A stretch of 64,000 bases of DNA from Alphaproteobacteria bacterium (GCA_965204775.1 CBDBFH010000023.1:2007-66006), one strand, 5' to 3'; counted from the first letter of the stretch, positions 40,893 through 55,270 are shown. The notes: a model not told the origin generated them from the sequence alone. Program-made: numbers and translations.

Positions 40893-42638
40893 TCAGCGCA
40901 TTTCCTCGACCGGCTCGACGCCCAGAATACGCAGCCCGGCGCTCAAGACGATCCCGGTTGCCCGAATCAGTTGCAGACGGGCCATACTAACATTTTGGTT
41001 ATCGGGCAGAAGGAAGCGCAGTTGCGGGTCTTCCTTTCCCTTGTTCCAGAGGGCGTGGAAGGCGGCGGCGAGTTCGTGGAGGAAGAAGGCGATTCGGTGC
41101 GGCTCGCGGGCGCGGGCGGCGGCGGCGAGTTGGCGGGGGAAGCGGGCGAGGCAGCGCAGGAGGCTGCGTTCGGCGGGATCGGCGAGCAGGGCCGGATCGG
41201 CCTGGCGCGGGTTGTCCGGCAGGCCCAGTTCGGCGGCGCGGCGCTCCAGCGAGCGCACCCGGGCATGGGCATACTGGACGTAGAAGACCGGATTGTCCTG
41301 GCTTTGCTCGCGCACTTTCTCGAAGTCGAAATCGAGGGGGGCGTCGTTGCGCCGGGTGAGCATCATGAAGCGGACGGCGTCGCGTCCGGCCTCGCGCACG
41401 AGGGCGTCGAGGGTGATGTAGGCTCCGGCGCGCTTGGACATTTTGACCGGCTTTCCGGCGCGCAGCAGGCGGATCAGGTGGCAGAGTTTGACGTCGAGTT
41501 CGGCCTGTCCGCCGCTCAGGGCCTGGACGGCGGCCTGCAGGCGCTTTACGTAACCGGCGTGGTCGGCTCCCCAGACATTGATCATCCGGGAGAAGCCGCG
41601 CTGGATTTTGTCGAAATGACAGGCGATATCGGCGGCGAAATAGGTCCAGTCGCCGCCGGGTTTTTGCAAGGGGCGGTCGGTTTCGTCGCCGAAGCGGCTG
41701 GCGCGAAACAGCGGCTGGGGGCGCGGGCTCCAGTCTTCCGGCGGGGGCTTGCCCCTGGGGGGATCGAGGACGCCCTGATAGACCAGACCGGCCTTGGTCA
41801 GGCGGTTGATCGCGGCCTCGATTTTGCCCGCGCGGGCGAGTTCGCTTTCGTGGACGAAGTGGTCATGGCGAATATTCAGCGCCCGGAGGTCGGCGCGGAT
41901 CCGTTTGAGCATGGCCGCAAGCGCGGCGGGGCGGGCGCGGCGGATTTGTTCGTCTTCGCTCATTTTGAGGAAGGCCTTGCCCTGTGCGCGGGCCAGCGTC
42001 TGTCCGACCGGGATCAGATAGTCACCGGGATACAGGTCATCGGCGATTTTGATTGTTTCGCCCAGCGCCTCGCGGGCGCGCAGGGCGGCGGAGCGGGCGA
42101 GGGCTTCGATCTGGGCTCCGGCGTCATTGACGTAATATTCGCGCGCGACCTTCCATCCGGTTTTCTGGAGGAGGTTGGCCAGCGCATCGCCGAAGACGGC
42201 GCCGCGGGCATGGCCGACATGGAGGGGGCCGGTGGGGTTGGCGGAGACGTATTCGATCAGGACGGGCCGCCCGCCGCCCAGATTTTGTTCGCCATAAGAC
42301 TCTCCTGCGTCGAGGATTCGGGGGAGTTCCTGCTGCCAGACATGGTCTTCGAGGCGCAGATTGATGAATCCGGGCCCGGCGACTTCACCGCTGCGCACGC
42401 CTTCGATGGCGCGCAGGGCGGGGAGGAGTTTTTCGGCCAGCGCGCGGGGGGCGCGCTGGGCCTGTTTGGCGAGGGTCAAGGCGGCATTGACGGCGAGGTC
42501 GCCATGAGCGGGGTCGCGCGGCGGCTCGACCGCGACGCGCTCCAGCGCCAGCCCGGCGGGCAGGCCGCCTTGCGCCTGCAGCCTTTCGATGGCCTGCGCC
42601 ACGAGAGCGCCGTAGCGGCTGAAAATATCTTCGGACAC
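40893..42638 (-). CDS. argS: Arginine--tRNA ligase
   Basis: SANPTGPLHVGHARG and VKMSKRAG class I motifs. GTG start at (V)SEDIFSRY. Confidence 0.92.
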   Translation of the reverse strand: MSEDIFSRYGALVAQAIERLQAQGGLPAGLALERVAVEPPRDPAHGDLAVNAALTLAKQAQRAPRALAEKLLPALRAIEGVRSGEVAGPGFINLRLEDHVWQQELPRILDAGESYGEQNLGGGRPVLIEYVSANPTGPLHVGHARGAVFGDALANLLQKTGWKVAREYYVNDAGAQIEALARSAALRAREALGETIKIADDLYPGDYLIPVGQTLARAQGKAFLKMSEDEQIRRARPAALAAMLKRIRADLRALNIRHDHFVHESELARAGKIEAAINRLTKAGLVYQGVLDPPRGKPPPEDWSPRPQPLFRASRFGDETDRPLQKPGGDWTYFAADIACHFDKIQRGFSRMINVWGADHAGYVKRLQAAVQALSGGQAELDVKLCHLIRLLRAGKPVKMSKRAGAYITLDALVREAGRDAVRFMMLTRRNDAPLDFDFEKVREQSQDNPVFYVQYAHARVRSLERRAAELGLPDNPRQADPALLADPAERSLLRCLARFPRQLAAAARAREPHRIAFFLHELAAAFHALWNKGKEDPQLRFLLPDNQNVSMARLQLIRATGIVLSAGLRILGVEPVEEMR

Positions 42639-42792
42639 GGTGATTTCCCCTGATTTCCCGCAATATCGGCCCGCCGAAGAAGCAAAGCAACCCAAGGGCC
42701 GCCAGCTTCGCCTGACTCCGGAGAAAAGTGAATTCTTTATATTTATTCCGCCCTATTGGCTAGAATGCAGGTCTTGATGGGAAGATGGGCCT

Positions 42793-43137
42793 ATGCCGAA
42801 ACCTGACTCGATTCATGACATCCAATTGAGCGCGCGCGCGGCGCGGCGCATATGCGAGATTGCGCGCAAAACAGGCGCGGCCCCCCTCTTGCGCCTGTCG
42901 GTCGGCGGGGGCGGCTGTTCGGGCTTTCAATATGACTTCGCGCTGGCCGAGCGCGCACAAGATGATGACCTGGTGGTCGAGTGCGAGGGCGCGCGATTGA
43001 TCGTCGATCCGGTCTCGCTGCCCTTCGTCAAGGGAGCGCGGCTGGATTACGCCGAGGAGCTGATCGGCGCTTTCTTCCGGGTCGAGAATCCGAACGCCTC
43101 GGCCTCCTGCGGCTGCGGGACGTCGTTTTCGGTGTGA
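42793..43137 (+). CDS. erpA: Iron-sulfur cluster insertion protein (ErpA/IscA/HesB family)
   Basis: LRLSVGGGGCSGFQYDF...SCGCGTSF. Confidence 0.9.
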   Translation: MPKPDSIHDIQLSARAARRICEIARKTGAAPLLRLSVGGGGCSGFQYDFALAERAQDDDLVVECEGARLIVDPVSLPFVKGARLDYAEELIGAFFRVENPNASASCGCGTSFSV

Positions 43138-43144
43138 TCCGGCT

Positions 43145-43936
43145 GTGATGTTTCGGATCGCCAGCTGGAACATCAATTCGATTCGCGCCCGCCTCGCCCG
43201 CCTGCTGGAATGGCTGGAGGCCGACCGGCCCGATCTGGTCTGCCTGCAGGAGACCAAAGTGACCGATGCGGAGTTTCCCCGCGCACAGATTGAGGCGCTG
43301 GGCTATGGGATCGAGACGCTGGGGCAAAAATCCTATAACGGGGTCGCCCTGCTGTGCCGCCGCGAGATGAGCGCGGCGGCGCGGGGCCTGCCCGGCGGGG
43401 CGGGAGACGATCAGGCGCGCTATATTGAGGCGCGGGTTGGTTTTAAGGGCGGGGCGGTGTTGCGCGCGGCCTCGCTGTATTTGCCCAACGGCAATCCGGC
43501 GGAAAGCGGCAAGTTTTCCTACAAACTGGACTGGATGGCGCGGCTCAATGCCCATGCGCAAAATCTGCTCGGCGGCGAGGAGATTGTGATTCTGGCCGGG
43601 GACTATAATGTGATCCCGGATTCAGGGGATGTTTTTGATCCGGAAGCTTTTGCCGAAGATGCGCTGTACCGGATCGAGGTGCGGCGGCTTTTCCGCGCGC
43701 TGCTCTATTCCGGCTTCACCGATGCGCTGCGCGCCTGCCATGATCCGCCGGGGCCGTACAGTTTCTGGGATTACCAGCAGGGGCGCTTTCGCAAGGATCA
43801 GGGTTTGCGGATCGACCATATTCTGCTCTCGCCGGCGGCTGCCGACCGCTTGTGCGGGGCTGGGGTTGTCAAGGAGATGCGGGCCGGGGAGCGGCCTTCC
43901 GACCACGCGCCGGTTTTTGCCGAGCTGGATATTTAA
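43145..43936 (+). CDS. xthA: Exodeoxyribonuclease III
   Basis: [13 protein letters not shown]...CLQETK...DHILLS...SDHAPV. Confidence 0.92.
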   Translation: MMFRIASWNINSIRARLARLLEWLEADRPDLVCLQETKVTDAEFPRAQIEALGYGIETLGQKSYNGVALLCRREMSAAARGLPGGAGDDQARYIEARVGFKGGAVLRAASLYLPNGNPAESGKFSYKLDWMARLNAHAQNLLGGEEIVILAGDYNVIPDSGDVFDPEAFAEDALYRIEVRRLFRALLYSGFTDALRACHDPPGPYSFWDYQQGRFRKDQGLRIDHILLSPAAADRLCGAGVVKEMRAGERPSDHAPVFAELDI

Positions 43937-45678
43937 ATATCGGCGTAGGCGCGGCGCTCTTTTTGCGCGCCGGGATGGGTGACGGCGCCGCGGCGGGCGG
44001 GGCCGACATTGCGGGCATAGCGCCACAGCGCGCCTGAGCCGAAATGGGCGGGCGGCGGCGACCAGTCTTTGCGCCGCCGCTGCAATTCGGCGGGGGCGAC
44101 GTCAAGTTCGATCCGGCCCTTCTGCGCGTCAATCGTGATCCGATCGCCGTCGCGCACCAGCGCGATGGGCCCGCCCTGGGCGGCCTCCGGTCCGACATGG
44201 CCGATGCACAGCCCGCGGGTTGCGCCCGAAAAGCGCCCGTCGGTGACCAGGGCGACCTTGTCGCCCATGCCCTGTCCGTAGATGGCGGCGGTGGTGGCGA
44301 GCATTTCGCGCATTCCGGGTCCGCCTTTCGGCCCCTCGTAGCGAATGACGATGACGTCGCCGGGGCGGTAATTGCGCGCGGCGACGGCGGCGAAGGCGTC
44401 CTCTTCGCAATTGAAGCAGCGGGCCGGGCCCTGGAAGGCGAGTTGGGCGGTTCCGGCGAGTTTGACGACCGCGCCGTCCGGGGCGAGCGATCCGCGCAGC
44501 GCGGTCAATCCGCCGGTCGGCGACAAGGGCCGGTCGGCGGGGCGGATGACCTCCTGATCGGGATTGAAGGTTATGTTTTTGAGGTTTTCGGCGATGGTCT
44601 GGCCGGTGACGGTGAGGCAGTCGCCATGCAGATGTCCGGCGTCGAGCAGGACGCGCATCAGCTGGGGGACGCCGCCGGCTTCGAACATGTCCTTGGCGAC
44701 GAAGCGCCCGCCGGGCTTGAGATCGGCCAGGGTCGGGGTTTTGCGGGCGACGGCGGCGAAATCGAAGAGGTCGAAGGCGATTCCGGCCTCATGGGCGATG
44801 GCCGGAAGGTGGAGCGCCCCATTGGTGGAGCCGCCGGTGGCGGCGACGACGGCGGCGGCGTTTTCCAGGGCCTGGCGGGTGACGATCCGGCGCGGGCGCA
44901 GATCGGGGCCCTGGGCGAGGAGTTCCATGACCGCCCGCCCCCCGGCCTGGGCATAGGCGTCGCGGGACTGGTTGACCGCCGGGGGGCCGGAGGAACCGGG
45001 CAGGGCCAGCCCCATGGCCTCGGCGGCGCAGGCCATGGTGTTGGCGGTGAACTGGCCGCCGCACGCGCCGGCGCCGGGGCAGGCGGCGGCTTCCAGTTCA
45101 CGCAGGCCGGTCCGGGAGAGGCTGCCCTCCATATGCTGGCCGACGGCTTCGAAGACATCGAGGATGGTCACATCGCGCCCCTTGAAGCGTCCGGGCATGA
45201 TCGAGCCGCCATAGAGGAAGACGGCGGGGACATTGAGCCGGAGCATGGCCATCATCATTCCGGGCAGGGATTTGTCGCATCCGGCGAGGGCGACGAGGGC
45301 GTCATAGCAATGGCCGCGCATGGTCAGTTCGACGGAGTCGGCGATGACCTCGCGGCTGACGAGGGAGGATTTCATGCCCTCATGGCCCATGGCGAGGCCG
45401 TCGGTGACGGTGATGGTGCAAAATTCCCGGGGGGTTCCGCCGCCGGCCTCGACTCCGGCCTTGACCGCCTGGGCCTGGCGCTGGAGGGTGATATTGCACG
45501 GGGCGGCTTCGTTCCAGCACGAGGCGACGCCGACCAGAGGCCGGGCGATGGCGTTGTCATCGAGGCCCATGGCGTGATAAAAGGCCCGGTGTGGTGCGCG
45601 TTGCGGCCCCTGGGTCACATGGCGGCTGGGCAGTTTCGACTTGTCGAAACGCGGCGGCGGCGGAGAATCGTGAGTCAT
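43933..45678 (-). CDS. ilvD: Dihydroxy-acid dehydratase
   Basis: [21 protein letters not shown]...[11 protein letters not shown]...[12 protein letters not shown]. Start at the internal Met. Confidence 0.93.
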   Translation of the reverse strand: MTHDSPPPPRFDKSKLPSRHVTQGPQRAPHRAFYHAMGLDDNAIARPLVGVASCWNEAAPCNITLQRQAQAVKAGVEAGGGTPREFCTITVTDGLAMGHEGMKSSLVSREVIADSVELTMRGHCYDALVALAGCDKSLPGMMMAMLRLNVPAVFLYGGSIMPGRFKGRDVTILDVFEAVGQHMEGSLSRTGLRELEAAACPGAGACGGQFTANTMACAAEAMGLALPGSSGPPAVNQSRDAYAQAGGRAVMELLAQGPDLRPRRIVTRQALENAAAVVAATGGSTNGALHLPAIAHEAGIAFDLFDFAAVARKTPTLADLKPGGRFVAKDMFEAGGVPQLMRVLLDAGHLHGDCLTVTGQTIAENLKNITFNPDQEVIRPADRPLSPTGGLTALRGSLAPDGAVVKLAGTAQLAFQGPARCFNCEEDAFAAVAARNYRPGDVIVIRYEGPKGGPGMREMLATTAAIYGQGMGDKVALVTDGRFSGATRGLCIGHVGPEAAQGGPIALVRDGDRITIDAQKGRIELDVAPAELQRRRKDWSPPPAHFGSGALWRYARNVGPARRGAVTHPGAQKERRAYADI

Positions 45679-45784
45679 GGTTGCGTCGTCCTTTTCGCCG
45701 TTTTTGTGGCCCGATTCCGCCTTCATTTCAAGATGTCTTGAACTTAGATTGCGGCGGCGGGCGGGATGGAGACTATACTGCAAG

Positions 45785-47389
45785 ATGAGCCGAGAGAGAC
45801 TTCCCGCCATGATTCGCCGTTTTCTGTTGTGCGGCTTCGCCGTGTTTGTGCTTGCGCTGTGGCCTGCGCCGGAGGGAGCGCGGGGGGCGGAGAAGGCGGA
45901 CCGGTCGCTATTGCCGGTTCTGGCGCGCCATCTGCCCAGCCTCAAGCAGATGGCGCTGGCCGGCGATGTGCAGGCGCAATACACGCTGGGCGTGCTCTAT
46001 GCGAGCGGCAAGACGGCGCAGGTGCCGCGGGATATGGCCGAGGCTCATCGCTGGTTTTTGCTGGCGGCGCAGCACGGCCTGCCGCTGGCGCAGGTTCGGA
46101 CCGGCTTGGCCTATGCTCAGGGCGAGGGGGTTGCCCGCAACGACACGGCGGCGTTTGAGTGGATGAAGCGCGCCGCCCTGCAAGGGCACGAGCTGGGGCA
46201 GTTTTATATTGGGCTGGCCTATGATCAGGGTCTGGGGGTTGGGCGCGACGCGGCGCGGGCGCAGCGCTGGCTTCGCCTGGCGGCCTCGCAGGGCAACAGC
46301 GAGGCCGATTTGCGGCTGGCCTTTCTCTATCTGAAGGGCGCGGGGGGGGACAAGGCGGTGACGGCGCGGGCGGTGGCGAGTCTGGAGCGCGCCGGGCTCA
46401 ACGGGGTTGCCGATGCGCAGCTGGTTTTGGGCGAGATTTACACGACCGGCTATCTGGTAGGGCGCGATGCGGCGCGGGCGCGGCGCTGGCTGCGGGCGGC
46501 GGCGCTGCAGGGCTTGCCGGCGGCGCAATATATGCTGGGCGAGCTGGATTTGGACCGGCGGCGTCTGCGCGAGGCCTATGCATGGTTTTTGCTGGCCCGG
46601 GCGGGGGGCGAGGACAAGGCCCGGCAGGCGCTGGAGGCGATGGAGGCGCGCCTGTCGAAGAGCGAGCTCAGCCGGGCGCGTCAGGTGCGGGCGGTTCTGG
46701 CGGCGCAGATTGCCGACCACCGGGCGGCGCAGGACGACGATGCCGATGAGCGCTCTTATGCCAAGGCGGCGGCGGCGATCGACAATGCGGTGTTGCGGAT
46801 CGAGTCGCCGCAGGCGCTGCGCATTGAGGGCACTTTGGGGCCGGAGACTGCCGGGGCGGTTGCCGAGACGTTGCGCAAGAATCCGAAAATCTCGATTCTG
46901 ATTCTGGACAGCCCCGGCGGTCTTTTGCTGACGGCGGTTCATATTGCCGATCTGGTTGAGCGCCGCCGGCTGGTTACGATTGCCGACCAAAAGTGCCTGT
47001 CGGCCTGCACGATGCTTTTGTTTGCCTCGCATTATCCTTCGGCGCGGCCTGAGAGCGTGATCGGCTTTCACAAGCCGACGCCGATCGCGGTCAGGAACGC
47101 GAGCGGCGAAGCGTTGCGGGCGGCGGGCGCCGAGGGCGAATGGCTGGCCAAAATGCGTTATGCTTGGTCGGGCTTTCCTCCGGAGTTGATCCGGAGCATT
47201 CTCAAGGTTTCGGGCAATGCGCTCTATATCGCCTCGAAGCGCGAGTTGATCGGCCACGGCCTGCTCAAGGGCATTTTCAAAGGGAGCGCGCGTGACGGGC
47301 GTCTGGTTTCGGCGCGCGCATGGTGCCGGAGCGATCCGCGCCGCTGCGCGGCGAATCCCTCGCGGATCCTGGTTTCGCAAGACCGGTAA
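45785..47389 (+). CDS. Exported Sel1-repeat protein with a C-terminal ClpP/crotonase-like (COG3904-type) domain
   Basis: Signal-like [22 protein letters not shown]. At least 7 Sel1 repeats ([12 protein letters not shown]..., [12 protein letters not shown]...). C-terminal [21 protein letters not shown]. Confidence 0.72.
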   Translation: MSRERLPAMIRRFLLCGFAVFVLALWPAPEGARGAEKADRSLLPVLARHLPSLKQMALAGDVQAQYTLGVLYASGKTAQVPRDMAEAHRWFLLAAQHGLPLAQVRTGLAYAQGEGVARNDTAAFEWMKRAALQGHELGQFYIGLAYDQGLGVGRDAARAQRWLRLAASQGNSEADLRLAFLYLKGAGGDKAVTARAVASLERAGLNGVADAQLVLGEIYTTGYLVGRDAARARRWLRAAALQGLPAAQYMLGELDLDRRRLREAYAWFLLARAGGEDKARQALEAMEARLSKSELSRARQVRAVLAAQIADHRAAQDDDADERSYAKAAAAIDNAVLRIESPQALRIEGTLGPETAGAVAETLRKNPKISILILDSPGGLLLTAVHIADLVERRRLVTIADQKCLSACTMLLFASHYPSARPESVIGFHKPTPIAVRNASGEALRAAGAEGEWLAKMRYAWSGFPPELIRSILKVSGNALYIASKRELIGHGLLKGIFKGSARDGRLVSARAWCRSDPRRCAANPSRILVSQDR

Positions 47390-47400
47390 GGCCGGCGGAT

Positions 47401-50132
<2,732 letters not shown>

Positions 50133-50136
<4 letters not shown>

Positions 50137-51506
50137 GGCGGGGTCTGCCCGGGCCGGGGGGTTGTCCGGTTGGCGTCGGGCGGCGGATTGGCGGGGGCGA
50201 GCCATTCGATCTGGTTTGCGGTAAGAGTGCCGACGGCGGCGAGCAAGCCATAGGCGGTGACCTGTCCGTCGCGCAGGGCGGTGGCGCGGGCGACCTGGGC
50301 GTCGAGCAATTCCTGCTGGGCGTCGAGGACGTCGAGGGTGGTGCGCTGTCCGACTTCGGCTTCCTGGCGCACGCCTTCGAGGGCGATGCCGGTTGCGCGC
50401 TCTTCTTCGCGGGCGGAGGCGAGCTGGGCGCGGGCGGCGCGCAGGGCCTCCCAGGCATTGGCGACCTGCTCTTCGATCTGGCGGGCGGCGGCGAGGAGTT
50501 CGAAGCGGGCGCGGTCGGCCTCGCGCCGCGCCTGGCGCAGGCGGGCGAGGGACGCGCCGCCGCGAAAGATCGGGATGGTCAGCCGTCCGGTGACCGAGGT
50601 CGATTCCTGCTTTTCGAGCGAAGCGGCGGGCTCTTCGGAATAGCCGTAGTTTGCTTCGAGGTTGAGCGAGGGGAGGAGGGCGGCCCGTGCGGTGTTGATT
50701 CCGAAATTGAAGGCGCTGGCCGAGAAGCGGGCGGCGGCGAGGTCGGGGTTTTGCCGCCGGGCGATCTGGAGGGCGCGCTGTTCGCTGACCGGCAGGCGTG
50801 GGGAGCGGGCGAAGGCGAGGCGGGCGGGGGCGCGTCCGACGACGCGGCGATAGGCGGCGCGGGCGGCGACCAGCTGGGCGCGGGCGGCGGCGCGCTGGGC
50901 GCGGGCGCGGCTGAGGCGGGCCTCGGACTGGGCGACGTCGGTCCGGGTCAGTTCGCCGACCTCGAAGCGGTTGCGCACCGCCTCCAGTCTTCGGTTCAAG
51001 ACGACGAGGTTGTTTTGATTGAGCGAGACGATGGCCTGATCGCGCAGGACATTGAAGTAGGCGGTGGCGGCGTTGAGGAGGACGCGCTGTTCGGCGGCGT
51101 GCAGGCCGGCCCGGGCGGCCTGAAAATTTGCGCGCGACTGGGCCTGCTGGCTGACGACGCGACCACCTTCAAACAGACTCTGGCTGACGGTGACTCCGGC
51201 GGCGAGCGGCTCGAAATCACTGCTGACGCTTGAAGCCGCGCCGGGCGGGGTGTTTTTTTGTGAGGTGAAGCCATAGCTGCCCGAGGCGGTTACCTGGGGC
51301 AGCCATCCGGCGCGGGCGGCGGCGACGGCGGCGCGGGCGGCTTCGAGTTGGGCGCGGGCGGCCTGCAGATCGGGGTTGGAGCGCAAGGCTTCGGCGAAGG
51401 CCTGCTGCAGGGTCTGGGCGGCGGCGGGGGGCGCGAGGGTCAAGGCGAGCAGCGCGAGGATGCAAAGCCGACCGGCGCAGCGGGGGTTGCGGGACGAATC
51501 AGGCAT
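50133..51506 (-). CDS. tolC: TolC-family outer membrane efflux protein
   Basis: Signal LALLALTLAPPAAAQTLQQAF, then two OEP repeats (LRSNPDLQAARAQ..., RRQNPDLAAARF...). Confidence 0.88.
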
Positions 51507-52173
51507 CGGGAGCGAGTCCGTCTGTCTGGTTGAGGCCGGGGAAGGCAAATCGCAGGGCGGGATGGGGGAATCCGGGGAGGGGGGGGGCGGCGGCGGCGGC
51601 GATGATTCGCCCGGCGATGGTCTCGCCGCTTTTGGTGAAAATCCAGGCCCGGCCCGGCGGCAAGATCGCCGCCAGCCGCCCGCCGGGTTTGATCTGGCGG
51701 AAGAGTTGATCGGGCCGGGCCGGGATTTGGCCATTGATCAAGATCAGATCATAGGGCCCCTGTTCGGGGTATCCGCCGGCGAGGGGGGCGCACAGGAAGG
51801 CGGCGTTTTCGATCTGCAGGCGGCTGAGGAGGCGGGCGGCGGTCTGGACGAGGCCGGGATCGGAGTCGAGGCCGACGACCGCCCCGGCGGCGGCGAGGCG
51901 GGCGAGGATGGCGGTCGAATAGCCGGTTGCGCAGCCGATATCGAGGATGAGCGCGCTCTCCGGCGGCTGGGCGGCCTGAATCAGGGTGGCGAGGCTGCAC
52001 GGGGCGGGCAGGAAGCGCGGGTGCTGGCGGTTTCCACCGGCCCGGACCGGGCCTTCCATATAGGCGAGGGGGCGCATGGCCTCGCCGACGAAGAGTTCGC
52101 GGGGGATGGCGCTGATGATGGCGAGCAGGCGGCGGTCGGTGATTCGGCTGGCGCGCAGTTGATTTTCGACCAT
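51499..52173 (-). CDS. Protein-L-isoaspartate O-methyltransferase-like SAM methyltransferase
   Basis: MVENQLR...ILDIGCATGYSTAILARL. Conserved alphaproteobacterial position upstream of tolC. Confidence 0.78.
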   Translation of the reverse strand: MVENQLRASRITDRRLLAIISAIPRELFVGEAMRPLAYMEGPVRAGGNRQHPRFLPAPCSLATLIQAAQPPESALILDIGCATGYSTAILARLAAAGAVVGLDSDPGLVQTAARLLSRLQIENAAFLCAPLAGGYPEQGPYDLILINGQIPARPDQLFRQIKPGGRLAAILPPGRAWIFTKSGETIAGRIIAAAAAPPLPGFPHPALRFAFPGLNQTDGLAPDA

Positions 52174-52322
52174 GTTGCGCCGCCGCGCGGGAGAAATCGC
52201 TCATCGCCGGGTCTCGATCGCAGGAAGGCGGCGGGCAAAAGGTCAGCCCCCGCCCGGCTGAAGGTTCCATATATAGGCATGGCGCTGCGCGGAATACAAA
52301 TCATGCTATAGGCTGGCGGGTG

Positions 52323-52393
52323 GGCCACGTGGCGGAGTGGCGACGCAGCGGACTGCAAATCCGTGTACCCCGGTTCGATTCCGGGCGTGGCCT
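52323..52393 (+). tRNA. tRNA-Cys (anticodon GCA), CCA not encoded
   Basis: Acceptor GGCCACG/CGTGGCC, anticodon arm GCGGA-CTGCAAA-TCCGT, T arm CCCGG-TTCGATT-CCGGG, discriminator U73. Confidence 0.9.
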
Positions 52394-52411
52394 CGATTGC
52401 ATTTTCGGTTT

Positions 52412-54046
52412 TCAGGTTTTTGGCTCTCCTGGCGGGGCGGCCCACCCGGCGAGGGTCTGGCGCAGGAGCAGGGCGGGGATCAGGCCGAGGGCGGCGAGGA
52501 GGAGGGCGGCGGGGGCGCTTTCTTCGAGGAGTCCGAGCTGGGCGCGCTCATAGATATGGATGGGCAGGGTGGTGAATCCGAAGGGGCGCAAGATGAGGCT
52601 TGCCGGGAGTTCGCGCATGGTTTCGACGAAGGCGAGGAGCGCGCCGGCGGCAATTGGCGGCCAGAGCAGGGGGGCGTGGATTTTGGCGAGGAGGGTTGAT
52701 CCGTTTGCGCCCAGGAGGCGGGCGGCGCGGTCGATATCGGGGTTCAGGCGGGCGAAGGCGGCCTCGGCGGCGCCATAGGGCAAAGCCAGGAAGCGGACGA
52801 AATAGGCGAAGGTGAGCGCCATCAGACCGGCGGCGAGGCTTTGCCCGGCGGGGAAGACGGCGAAGACGCCCAGCGCGAGGACCGCGCCGGGGACGGCATA
52901 GCCCAGGGCGGCGAGGCGGGCGAGGGGGCGGGGGGTTTGACCGATTCGCACCGCATGGGCGAGGAGGAAGGCGGCCAGGCCGGTGGCCAGCGCGGCGGCG
53001 GCGGCCAGGGCCAGCGAACGCAGGGAGTGCATGAGCAGTCCCTGTTCGAAGGCGGGGCGGAACTGGCCCCAGCTCATGCGGATCAGGCTGGCGGCGGGCA
53101 GGAGGAAGGCGAGCAAGAAGACGGCGGCGCAAAAGGCGGCGGCGGCGGCGGCGCGGGCCGGGGCGAGGGGGCGCAAGGCCGGGGCGGCGGGGCGCGGGGC
53201 GAGATGATAGCGCCGGCTGCGGCGCGCGGCGTATTCGCCGGCGGCGAGCGCAAAGACGACGAGGAGGAGGACGAGGGCGATCTGGGCGCCGGCGCTGAAC
53301 AGGCCGCGGCCCAGCCAGAGATCATAGAGTCCGGCGGTGAGGGTGCGCAGTCCAAAATGCTCGACCGCGCCGATATCGTTGAGGCACTCGATGGCGACGA
53401 GCAGGAGGGCGGCGGCCAGGGCGGGGCGGGCCAGCGGCAGGGCGGTTTTGAAGAAGCAGGCGGCGGCGGTCTGTCCGAGCAGGCGTCCGGTCTGGAGGAT
53501 TCGCAATGACTGGCGGGCGAAGACGAGGCGGGCGGCGAGATAGACGTAAGGATAGAAGGCGAGGGTCATGACCAGCACGGCGCCGCCCAGCGAGCGGATT
53601 GGGGGGAAGGGGTAGTCGCGCGGACTTTGCCAGCCGGCGAAGGCGCGCAGGGCGGACTGGACGGGTCCGGCATAGTCGAGCAGTTCGGCATAGATATAGG
53701 CGAGGATATAGACCGGGATGGCGAAGGGGAGGACGAGCGCCCAGACGAAGAAAGCGCGGCCCGGGAATTGATGGAAGGTGACGAGCCAGGCGGCGAGGCT
53801 TCCCAGGATCAAGGTTGCGGCGCAGGTGAGGGCGGCCAGTGCGAGGCTGCGCCCGATCATTCCGGGGAGGATGGTGGAGAGGAGATGCGGCCAGGGGATT
53901 TCGGTTTGGGCGGTGTCGAGGCCGTGGGGGGCGAAGGCGAACCAGGCGACGGCGAGGAGAGGGAGAAGGGCGGCGAGGGCGATGGCCGGCCCGGCCAGCG
54001 TCCAGAGGCGGGCGGCTGGCGGACTAATCGTTGAAGCCGACATCAT
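52412..54046 (-). CDS. ABC transporter permease with duplicated BPD domains (FbpB-type iron(III) permease)
   Basis: About 12 TM segments in two homologous halves. Follows an FbpA-like binding-protein gene. Start at the MM doublet at 54043/54046. Confidence 0.8.
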   Translation of the reverse strand: MMSASTISPPAARLWTLAGPAIALAALLPLLAVAWFAFAPHGLDTAQTEIPWPHLLSTILPGMIGRSLALAALTCAATLILGSLAAWLVTFHQFPGRAFFVWALVLPFAIPVYILAYIYAELLDYAGPVQSALRAFAGWQSPRDYPFPPIRSLGGAVLVMTLAFYPYVYLAARLVFARQSLRILQTGRLLGQTAAACFFKTALPLARPALAAALLLVAIECLNDIGAVEHFGLRTLTAGLYDLWLGRGLFSAGAQIALVLLLVVFALAAGEYAARRSRRYHLAPRPAAPALRPLAPARAAAAAAFCAAVFLLAFLLPAASLIRMSWGQFRPAFEQGLLMHSLRSLALAAAAALATGLAAFLLAHAVRIGQTPRPLARLAALGYAVPGAVLALGVFAVFPAGQSLAAGLMALTFAYFVRFLALPYGAAEAAFARLNPDIDRAARLLGANGSTLLAKIHAPLLWPPIAAGALLAFVETMRELPASLILRPFGFTTLPIHIYERAQLGLLEESAPAALLLAALGLIPALLLRQTLAGWAAPPGEPKT

Positions 54047-55113
54047 CAAGCAGGAGGCTGGCCTCGGCGCGATTGTCGGCGATTTGCCGTGGACTGAGGG
54101 AATCGTTGGGCAGACCGGCGAGGGAGGGGAGCAGGCGCGGGCCGGGCAGGCCGGGGCGGATCGGATATTCGAAATTGATGCGGGCATAGAGGCGCTGGGC
54201 CTCGTCGGAGGCGAGGAAGGTCATCAAGGCCAGCGCCCCGGCGGGGGTAGGGGGCATAGCGGGGCATGACCATGCCGGACAGGTTGACATGCGCCCCGCC
54301 GTTTTCGAAGACGGGGGCGATCAAGCGCAATTGCCGGGCGGCGCGGCGCTGTTTTTGGTTGCCGGAGTCGCGCATTTTGCCCAGATAATAGCTGTTGGCC
54401 AAAGCGAGGTCGCATTCACCGGCGGCGACGGCGCGCATTTGGGCGCGATCGTTTCCGGCGGGCTTGCGGGCGAGGTTCTGGCGCAGGCGGCTGAGCCAGT
54501 CTTTGGTCCAGTCTGCGCCGCGGTGGGCGATCATGGCGGCGAAGAGGGCGATATTGTAGGGGTGTTGCCCATCGCGCAGGCAGATTTTGCCGCGCCATTT
54601 TGGATCGGCGAGGGATTCATAGGTGGTGCGGCCTGAGGCGAGGGCGCGGGTGGCGCCGGCGGCCTTTGGCGGCGAAGAGGACGCGGTGGCGGGCGGGAGA
54701 GGCCGAACCAGCGCCCCTGCGGATCGCGCAGATTGGGGGGAATGGCGTCTTCGAGCATTTTTGTTTTTGAGCGGGCGGGCGATGCTGTCTCCGGCCTGAA
54801 TCAGCTGGCCCAGATCGGTGGCGAGGAGGAGGTCGGCGGCGCTGTTGCGCCCTTCCAGCGCGATGCGCTCGATCAGGCCGCGTTTGGCGAAGAGCACATT
54901 GACGCGGATTCCGGTTCTTTCCTGAAAGCGGGCGAAGAGTGGCTCGACCAGAAAGGGCTGCCGGTAGGAATAGACATTGACGGCGCGGTCGTCGTCTGCG
55001 TCTTGCGCGGCGGCGGGGGGCCGGGGCGAGCGTAGCGAGGACGGCAAGCCCGGGCGAGGGCGGCGGCGGCGCGGCGGCGGGCGCGGCGACGCAGGCGCAG
55101 GCGAAGCGGTCAT
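54024..55113 (-). pseudogene. FbpA-like periplasmic iron(III)-binding protein gene with multiple frameshifts
   Basis: Family-like segments lie in three frames: NVYSYRQPFLVEPLFARF...LIQAG (A), MLEDAIPPNLRDPQGRWFGLS (B), ARHRVLFAAKG (C), TYESLADPKWRGKICLRDG...GAHVNLSGMVMP (A), AGALALMTFLASDEAQRLYARINFEYP (B). The signal-like GLAVLATLAPAP is also out of frame. Confidence 0.75.
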
Positions 55114-55270
55114 CGAGAATCCTCCCGGTTCCGGTGGTTGCCGGAAAGTGAGAATGATACTCATTTGCGAAAAGTGGAGTCAAGGCGCGGCGGGCGGGGC
55201 GGCGGTTTGCGGGGCGCGCTTGCGGCGGGGGCGGCAAGCGGCTCTAATGCGGCGGGTCCCGGCGAGGGAT

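Noticed and set aside
52174-52322. Possible promoter for tRNA-Cys (ttccat ... tataggct region).
   Set aside because: The hexamers match the consensus poorly and the spacing is ambiguous. This cannot be supported without transcript data.
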